This document shows, piece by piece, positions 36,081-44,089 of a stretch of DNA of 44,089 nucleotides. The position numbers and the translations under genes are program-made. The DNA is from Polymyxa betae A26-41 (lineage: Eukaryota > Protista > Endomyxa: Phytomyxea), in assembly GCA_003693705.1 (NCBI GenBank), contig RBZT01000269.1:1-44089 (forward strand), given 5' to 3'. Each line of letters opens with the position of its first letter. Position 1 is the stretch's first letter. A model generated the notes under the pieces. That model worked only from the letters and a program-made list of their open reading frames with translations. It was not told the origin of the DNA and did no database searches.

Positions 36081-37074
36081 TACCGGATTCCGCTATATAC
36101 GGTTAATACTCTCTTTTGATGGGTCACATTGGCGTCTACCTGGTCGTCGCCGTTGACGAACTACTCCGCGCGTTAGGCGCCAGCTCGACACCGTTGTGGA
36201 CGTCGCATTTAACCGATGATCGCACAGCGTAGGAGCTGCGTCGTCAGATGTCGCATCACGAGCAATACTGGCCCAGCGCGACCTCCTGACCGACCGGCTC
36301 ATGGACCTGGTTGTGTGGATTAACATTGCCGTCACCTGATACATGGACGCTTCATAGAGCGGAGGATGATGCCCAATCAAATCTTAAGTAAAGATGGCCA
36401 TTGAGGGATCCGCTCTGCGTTCCCGCAAAGTCAGACTCCTACCAGCTATTTGGCGAATCGATAATTTTGACCTTCGGAACGAATGTATGTATGGTGACCC
36501 AAGTTAATAGGTAGTCGGCAAATTGATCGTTAAAAAACCGACATCGAGACTTAAAAACAACGTTTCCCTGCATTTCGTTATCTTCTTCAATATCTCACGG
36601 TATTCGTTTCTCTTCAACGTCTTCTTGCTGTGCAAACGTTATACAACCACGCATACAAATTCAAAGAATTGTTTACCAGATACCAACAAAGGCTATAATA
36701 GTAGATGTTGTAGGCCATGTGCTTAGGAGAGAGCACCGCCTGTTGATACTTGATGAAAATCCAATCCAAACAGATCGTCGAAACTCGAACCCATCATCCT
36801 GCTACTTTTACTGAAAACGTTTCCGACAGCAGCGAATCAGCTAGTCGTCTAATACCGGCTGATAATGAAGGCGACTGACTGAAGAACAGCTGATGTTCTT
36901 TGAGCGAAGTTCTGGAGGATGTTACGAAAGCCTATGATTTCCTCTTCTGCCGTCATGGCAGCAGTTACTGCGGCAGGCGACGTTACGACAAGCAGAGCCA
37001 TTTCTTCCGATGCTCCAAACCCATCCCTTATGAGAAATCTGCATTAAATGTGAGATCGAAAAAGCAAAAAAGAA

Positions 37075-37147
37075 AGGCCCTGCGCAGACTCGAACTGCGG
37101 TTGCAGGAATCAGAACCCTGCGTGCTAACCACCTACACTACAGAGCC
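37075..37147 (-). tRNA. tRNA-Gln (CTG), copy 2
   Basis: Identical to copy 1 except one D-arm base (TTAGCAC vs TTATCAC). Confidence 0.95.
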
Positions 37148-38028
37148 ATCTTGCGATTCCTAATGCTAACATGCTCAGAAGAGCGCTTCAGTGGTACAAA
37201 ATCCGCCCTTTCTCTTCATTATGCAGGACCTCCGCTGATTCGTGCCAACAAGTTCCATCCCAACACCAATATATGGAGGAATAGTAAATAAGAAGAAAGT
37301 TGTAAGCACGGATGTAAATTTGTCATGCATGGCTTGAAGACAGCTCACTTTCTCACAATTTATGATTTCTCCATCTCCCACTTATGATGTTGGGATGGAG
37401 CCTGCTGACAAAAATCAGTGGAAAGCTGCAGGAGTCAATATCAGCGTATGAAGAGAGACCTTGGTGATTCAGATTCACAGAAAACCACCATATTGGGGAG
37501 GCCATAACACCACGGCGATAACTCCCAGGCTTTACCCCATCAATAGATGGGGCGATGCGGAATTTCGCCGTCGGGCGTCGCAATACTCTGCCAAGTACCC
37601 CCGCTTGTCATAGGCCGTCATGTCTCTTACGGCCTTTAATCGTAAAACCCTAACCAATAATGGTGATGCGCAGCCTTGTTTCAGTCGCAAATTCCCCTAA
37701 AAGTGCTTCAAAGAAAAAAAACCTGCTAAGATTAACTGCAGAGTTTTACCAACTGCATAGCGATCAATTTTCTATACAAAGCCCTAATTCAAAATCCTAA
37801 GCGAAAGGTCCTTTCCTTTGCATCGTGCTCAACGTCACCTCTAACGAACTGGAAAGCTTGGATTCTATCCTGCAGCGATCGCCAAAGTTGCTACGGCATC
37901 AGGAGATCAGGACACGCCTAAAATTGGCAAAGTCCGTAGTGCCAGGCCTGATGGAAATTAACAGAAATAGAATCTGCAAAGAATGCGTAGTGTCCGTAGT
38001 CACAATACAGATGGTTATTGCAGACTCC

Positions 38029-39366
38029 ATGCTGCCAATCGTCACAATCGTTCTGGCTGCGTCAGCCCTGCTCCATCTAGGTCATGGGGCAGCCGATCTA
38101 CCCCCTCGCCCCAAACCCCTGACACCAGATAAGGATTCCCGGAGCAGCTCCAGCTCCGGCCGTTCCACCCCCGGCCTACATTATCCCCCTATCATTCAAA
38201 TGCCGGCAGATATCAAGCGCACTGCCACGGCCTTCGCTGTTCTAGTCCGCCATCTACAGGAGCTGAGTCCCGAGGGCGTTTTGGCCGTCGGGTGGGATTT
38301 GGGCATTGCCAAGTCGGAGTTACCGAACTATCAGTCGTTATGTGGAGGCCGCACTAGTCGGACCATCGCGTCTCACGAAGCCTTCACGAAAATCTATCGA
38401 TTATCATCCATGTATATACGGGTGGATTCCAAGCGGGGAATGCGCCCGAATCTATTGGCCGCCGCACTCCACTACGTCGTACACGACCACCATAACAACG
38501 CGGACCTCCTGGCCCTGTTGTTGCAGATGCGCCCCGATAAAGCCGACTATTTCCGCACCCAGTTTCAGCTGTTCCTGGGACGCGGTAAGTTCCAGTACGC
38601 CGCCCAGCTCGCCAAATACGTCGACCGCGTCGTACTGGCCGACGCGCTGCGGTCGGTCGCGGCCGTGGGCCTGTACGAATTCACGCTGTTCGCGGCCGCG
38701 ATTCCGCCCCCGGACGAGGACCTCAGTGCCATGATCGACACGCTCCGCCACGACTGTATGGTTGCGGCCACCACGCGGCTGAAACGTTACCTGCCGCCGA
38801 GTCCGCACCCGCACGCCGTACTGGCCCTGGAGCTGGCTCTGCAGCTGGTCATGGCCCTGGCGCATCTCATGGGGGCCGATCGGGCCGTGACCCGTCAGAA
38901 GATCTCGGAGAGAGTGCGGTCGTACCGGACCCAGCCCGACATCATGGACGACCTGTGGACGATCTTCACCGACCCGCGCGTCCTGTTCCAGTACGACCCG
39001 AAGTCGGCGCTGTTCGCGATGTATCCGGCGCGGGACGCGCGTTTCAAGGACCTGTTCCTGCGGTTGGCGCTGCGCGACGACCTGGGCCGGTACGGCGCGC
39101 ATCATACGGCCGTGTTCCGTCCGCTGATGTTCCAGATCGACCCGCACGACGACCTCGTGCGGCAGGCGGTCCGGATCGCCGCCGGGCGGCTCGGTTCGTC
39201 GGGGTTCGTGTCCGCGTTTCTGGAGCGGTTCCGCAACGTCGTGCCGCAGAGGTTCGTGTACGACCTGCATCGGGCCGGGTACCAACCCTGCATGATAACT
39301 ATGTTACCGTCCGGATCGCATTTTAAACACTATCCGTGTATGGACCATATTCCGGACTGGCTCTAA
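38029..39366 (+). CDS. Intronless secreted protein (~445 aa), helical-looking, effector candidate
   Basis: Long ORF. The likely start at 38029 gives signal peptide MLPIVTIVLAASALLHLGHG followed by a Pro/Ser linker. Strong GC3 bias in the 3' part. Confidence 0.8.
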   Translation: MLPIVTIVLAASALLHLGHGAADLPPRPKPLTPDKDSRSSSSSGRSTPGLHYPPIIQMPADIKRTATAFAVLVRHLQELSPEGVLAVGWDLGIAKSELPNYQSLCGGRTSRTIASHEAFTKIYRLSSMYIRVDSKRGMRPNLLAAALHYVVHDHHNNADLLALLLQMRPDKADYFRTQFQLFLGRGKFQYAAQLAKYVDRVVLADALRSVAAVGLYEFTLFAAAIPPPDEDLSAMIDTLRHDCMVAATTRLKRYLPPSPHPHAVLALELALQLVMALAHLMGADRAVTRQKISERVRSYRTQPDIMDDLWTIFTDPRVLFQYDPKSALFAMYPARDARFKDLFLRLALRDDLGRYGAHHTAVFRPLMFQIDPHDDLVRQAVRIAAGRLGSSGFVSAFLERFRNVVPQRFVYDLHRAGYQPCMITMLPSGSHFKHYPCMDHIPDWL

Positions 39367-40184
39367 TGTAGTTACTGGTCCGTCTGCTTCGTTCTGTATC
39401 ACCATTCGTTGTAGTGATAATCGCTATGTAAAATGAGATCGTTCTGTCGATTTGCGATGTTTTTGATGATAGAATTATTGGGGTGCTGGGTTTTTTGGGT
39501 TTTTTTGTCTTTATTTAACCCAGGGTCTAAAACGTCATGTCACAAGGAGCCTCACCTTGTTCAATCGCAAATGAGCCGGTTTTGTTCCATGATTCCAGGG
39601 CCATATCGCCTTCTAGCTCGGCTCAAGGGGGAGATCGATTCGAAACTGATTGCACGATAGCAATTGCAATGATAATAACAAAACCCTCCATCGTCGTCAA
39701 GCGCTCGTAATGTGTTGCTCCCAGGGCCATTCTTCTCAGGCTGTTGCCACACTGCTGATGATATGAAAATTTAGTGTGATTCAAATCCATCGAGCTTGAT
39801 CAAATTTTATCGGCTTTAGTACTTATCAGCTGGAATTTTTTTTTCAACCGTTTAATATGTTATATCTGTGAACCAAACATGTGATAAACACATTCAGACT
39901 GATCTACAAGATTTATCACGCTGCAATTACCTTGGCATCTAGAAAAAAAGGAATGTCGCCAACTGCACTCGAACACAACACCTTGGGTTTTTCAATACTT
40001 TTGTGTGATTTTCTTTCGAATATTTCTTGCCCTCCTTCTTTCAATAGGGCGACGCTGACATCGTTCCCGGCCGAATGACTCAATCAAAATGAATCATTGT
40101 GGACGTGACTCAGGCCGTCGTGTCATGCCGCCGATATTTTCTGGGTCCCTGCTGGCCCACACGATCTAATTCCGAAACTTGGCG

Positions 40185-41505
40185 ATGAATCGCGAAGCGG
40201 TGATCTGTCTGTTGTCGGCTCTGATGCTGGTGTCGGACCTGACATTGGCCGACTCCCATCACGACCATGATGATCATGGTGACGATCACGACCATGACGA
40301 CCATCATGATCACGACCATGATGACGGGTACGACCGACTTCTTTCGTTTATTTGCTTCTACAGACGACTCAGTTAAATTGTTGCCTGGTGCTGAAATTTT
40401 CAACTTTTTTTGCTCATTTGGCTGTGTTTCGATTTGAATGGTTTTACTGATGATGGCTGCTCTCAGGCATGAGCACGATCATGGTGATCACAGCGATCGT
40501 AAGTAGCGCCATACCCTCTCTATCTATCTTGCTAATTTGTATCATAGATCATGACGATCACTTCCACGGTAACATTACATTGCTCAAGTTTTCACTCTCA
40601 TTTGCTCCATCATTGAATGTTTTTTTTTTCATTTTTCGTTCATTTCCCATTTCAACTGTATCAATTTGTTCATCTTTCACACGCACTTTCGTAAAACTTA
40701 ATCAATAATCTGCTGTAGACAAAGGCGATCACAACGACGACGACGCTTCCAGTAAGTCCAGATGCGGTGATTGAACATTCACCTGCTAACCGATATGCCG
40801 TAGCGGACGCCGGGAATGATGCGGACCAACACGCGCACACCGACCAGGAGCAGGACGCCAACTTCGATATGCACGCCACACCAATGAGTTTCGGATGGGA
40901 TTTTCACTCATCGGTCACCACCGATACCGACACCGGTAACGCGCTACCCGTATGGGTTTGCTGGCGGCCGTACTGACCCACACCCCCTTGTCAGATATGA
41001 GCAACTATGAATGGCAGGATGCTCATAACGAACATGAGACCGACCATCATGACGATCATGGACACCATAGTGGACATGAACGCGATCATCATGATGATGA
41101 CGACGACCATCATCATCACGGTATGGAAACCCTAAAACCCTAACCACATTGCTGACATTTCTAATCCCCATGTTTTGTATATTTATTGCAACAATCGTCT
41201 GAAATTTTTTTCCTAAAAACCGTTTGTTGAAAAAGTTTCATTTTTGTTACAGCTGTTTAGTTGAAACGTCTCATCCCATTTTATCTTGATTTTCATTGAA
41301 TTGTTAGACTTTTTTCGCAAATTTTGTTGATAATCGCATTTGTTCTCTTGTCGGTTTTTGATAAAAATTATAATTTTCTGCTATAATTTGTGGTTGCATT
41401 TCCTGTTGAATTCGTTGGTGACGGAGCTGAATTTCAGGTGATGATGAGGGTCATCACCATTCTGATCATCACCATGACGACGATGACCACGATGATGATG
41501 ATTGA
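40185..41505 (+). CDS. Secreted His/Asp-rich protein (~184 aa). Exons 40185-40327, 40467-40498, 40548-40568, 40719-40751, 40804-40935, 40995-41120, 41438-41505
   Basis: Signal peptide MNREAVICLLSALMLVSDLTLA-DSHH. Six GT-AG introns join H/D-rich exons in frame to TGA at 41503-41505. Confidence 0.85.
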
Positions 41506-41877
41506 CGGCCTGGTTCATGATCGAGAACTTAACAATTTTCATAACCGCCTCGGCGATTTTGAGCTGGCACTGATCCGGCTCGATGACCGATGGCACCAGC
41601 CCGGGAAACGGATTCGCTCTCGGTGCGATCCGAACTGCAACAACGATTCAAATCGCATTCATTGGGCGTCAACTCCATCTGCAACTTCGACGAATTGCTT
41701 TCAACTCAAGATAGCTCAGATTCCACTGTTGTGTTGAGTTTGCGAATTCTGTAGTTCGTGTTTTGGATTGAAATAATAAACGCGAAAAGATATTCGTATC
41801 ACTTTCCTCGCAAATGTCGTTTCGACCGCAAAAAGTCAGGAGTTCAGAATGCCGTTGAAAAATACAGACAAAAATAG

Positions 41878-41970
41878 AGCCCACGGCGGGGCTCGAACCC
41901 GCAGCCTTGGGATGAACCCTACAACTGTAAGAGTAAGAGTCCCACGCTCTACCGATTGAGCTACGCGGGC
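41878..41970 (-). tRNA. tRNA-Lys (CTT) with a 20-nt intron (41914-41933)
   Basis: GCCCGCGTAGCTCAATCGGTAGAGCGTGGGACTCTTA[intron]ATCCCAAGGCTGCGGGTTCGAGCCCCGCCGTGGGCT; intron at the canonical 37/38 position. Confidence 0.94.
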
Positions 41971-42906
41971 AAATCTTGTGAATAATCCAGAAGGGCCTTT
42001 TGGCACCGCGCCGCTGTTCTCACGAATTTGACATCAATTACAATGAGTGAATATGCTATCAGCTCCCTACAATCTGGTACTGTACGACTAATAATATTCC
42101 ACTTCTTTACTGATAACTAATGATCTCATATCACTCCTCTCTGCTAGAACACTCTCGTCGCCAAATATTGTGAATCTTCAAAGCACAGAAGTTTGAACTA
42201 TGCACTACACCTAGATCTTCGGGTTTTGCCATTAGCGTGACTGATCATATTCATAGCGTACCAGATTTTCACTAATGCATTCCTGAGAGGAACCGCGAAA
42301 GTTGAATTCCACCAACAGGTTTCTTGTCGAAGCCCCTAAAGTCCTCAGCAGGGCTGAGCTGCGTTGTAATCATCAGGGCTGAATTGTGTCCGAAATGCTT
42401 AAGTAAGAGAACCTGGAGTTCGGTTCATGACAAGCTCTGTGGCCCATCCTGCCGAAAGGAGTGTACAAAGAATGCTATCCAATTCAATCCGATCCAATTC
42501 ATTCCCTTGCTATCATTCGGAAGTCTTCTGTTCCAATCTTGCTCTTAGATACGCTATAAGACAAGATTGCTCTACCAGGAGCGAGATTGGCCATTGTCGC
42601 TCTTCGTCAAACAGCACTTTGACCATCATATCACGGCATCTGAACAACAAACTACGAAGAAACTTTCTTGCCTGTAGGATTCTCAGTGTTGGTCGTTGGA
42701 AATGTTTGGATCTAACACAGATTATCCGCTGGCCATGATGAGTCGTACTTTCCCAGCTGCTGCAGCAGAGTATCGGTATGCATGGATAGCACTGAGATGT
42801 AGCGATGACGCCTCACTATGCCTGAAAGCCACATGAACGCCTTCAACAGATTCTGCCGCAGTTGGACAGATCCTGTGAGCGATTAACGTTACAATTGACA
42901 TGGTCA

Positions 42907-42992
42907 GCCCGCGTAGCTCAATCGGTAGAGCGTGGGACTCTTATAATGAAGGGTTCATCCCAAGGCTGCGGGTTCGAGCCCCGCCGTGGGTT
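42907..42992 (+). tRNA. tRNA-Lys (CTT) with a 13-nt intron (42944-42956)
   Basis: Same exons as the other copy except a G1:U72 pair. A long T-run terminator follows. Confidence 0.94.
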
Positions 42993-43176
42993 CTGTTTTT
43001 TTTTTGTTTTTGATGTGATGTTGCTAGACGTATTGGAACAGTCCCGATGATCACAATAGCTGAATAGCACAGGAATTGTAGAAGGATAAAGAATCGATAA
43101 ATGAATGTGATTTTTTTTTTAAATATGGAAGATCTCTGGTTGTAGGAAATGCCGCATTGATCACTGACTACATAGT

Positions 43177-44089
43177 CTATGAGAAAGACATGTTGTGACA
43201 TCTGCCAAGATTATGACCCCGATAAGATTTCACACCTCTGCACAATTCACGAAGTTTCGGAACCCCCATAATAAGCCCATAAATGTTATCATTGCCATCC
43301 TCTATGTCATCACAGCAACAGTCCACGAATCCCTGCACATTGTTTCCCACCAAATTTGCAAATAGTTCGCTGTTAACAACGAAATTTCGGCTGTTTTTCT
43401 CCAAGATAAGTCCCAGAGGGCTTCTCACCCGAATATCAGGACGATTTTTTTCGCTTGGAACCGGAGCTTCCACATACATATTGAACATGGGTAATCCCAA
43501 TAGATATTGAGTAGCGCTGTTATTATTTGCAACAATAGCAGCGTTCAGAACCTGATTATCAATCTTCAGCATATTGATGACATTCTCCATTTCGACTTTA
43601 TCGAGATGCTGGTTCATCTTGAAGAGATAGAGAGCGGTGTGGTATGGATTGCTCTTTATGAAAGCGAAGAAGTGCGGAATCTGCATTAACTGTTCGTGAT
43701 ATTGCAGAGGCACGATGTCAATTCGTTTCAACAAATCCAGGAAATCGTGTTTGCGTAAGAACGGATACAACTCCGGCAGCGATTCCACCGGAATCGGGAC
43801 CTTCGCTAGAAAGTTGGGCAGATCGAATCGCATTCCGAACTTTGCCAGTTCCAACAGCCCATCTCGGGTAGAGAGAAACTCCGAGTTCTCAGGATCAAAT
43901 AAAACGCGATCCTCAATCGGACTGTGATGCGCCCAGATCCGATTAAACGGCGCTGGAAATCTTCGCACAAACTGCCCCGAAATGGGGTGTTGGGGCCAGT
44001 CGGCCCAAACCTGGTATCTGGTGATAGCTTTCTCCACGGACTCGATCACAGATCTGGGAATACTGGTCCCGGGCGTGACTGCGGGTATG
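43177..44089 (-). CDS. C-terminal part of a paralog of the 33809-35327 gene (5' end outside the window)
   Basis: Shared blocks: LLALARFGMRFDL/LLELAKFGMRFDL, LPQLYPFLRK/LPELYPFLRK, KSNPYYIALYL/KSNPYHTALYL, LCKGVKSSRGHTLGHC/LCRGVKSYRGHNLGRC. Confidence 0.85.
   Translation of the reverse strand, partial: IPAVTPGTSIPRSVIESVEKAITRYQVWADWPQHPISGQFVRRFPAPFNRIWAHHSPIEDRVLFDPENSEFLSTRDGLLELAKFGMRFDLPNFLAKVPIPVESLPELYPFLRKHDFLDLLKRIDIVPLQYHEQLMQIPHFFAFIKSNPYHTALYLFKMNQHLDKVEMENVINMLKIDNQVLNAAIVANNNSATQYLLGLPMFNMYVEAPVPSEKNRPDIRVRSPLGLILEKNSRNFVVNSELFANLVGNNVQGFVDCCCDDIEDGNDNIYGLIMGVPKLRELCRGVKSYRGHNLGRCHNMSFS

Noticed and set aside
37825-38028. N-terminal extension of the 513-aa ORF
   Set aside because: It begins at a GTG. 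The ATG at 38029 places the signal peptide at the N-terminus.
38452-39285. Long antisense ORFs (also 33758-34423, 9333-9995, 11141-11518)
   Set aside because: Shadow ORFs of GC3-rich genes on the opposite strand.

Overview
Compact eukaryotic genomic DNA: short GT-AG introns, intron-containing tRNAs and mixed TTAGGG/TTTAGGG/TTTTAGGG telomere-type repeats. It resembles a biotrophic protist such as a plasmodiophorid, but that is inference only. Three conserved spliced genes can be reconstructed exon by exon (an ABC-F/GCN20-like ATPase, a CBR-like short-chain dehydrogenase and CWC24/RNF113A), together with six tRNA genes. The rest looks accessory: signal-peptide genes and pseudogenes, hAT- and pogo-type MITEs, and copia remnants. 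The most unusual signals are: (1) a 225-nt spliceosomal intron made almost entirely of telomeric repeats, with smaller telomeric tracts in other introns; (2) just downstream, a chain of two diverged, highly structured, oligo(A)-tailed non-coding units with terminal redundancy, joined by telomeric repeats, which is a candidate telomere-primed retro-RNA family; (3) a signal peptide + kinase-like domain + C-terminal TM protein lacking the activation segment; (4) signal peptide + F-box-like effector candidates next to tRNA genes; (5) a secreted His/Asp-rich protein built from symmetric micro-exons. All gene models were read by eye and are unverified.
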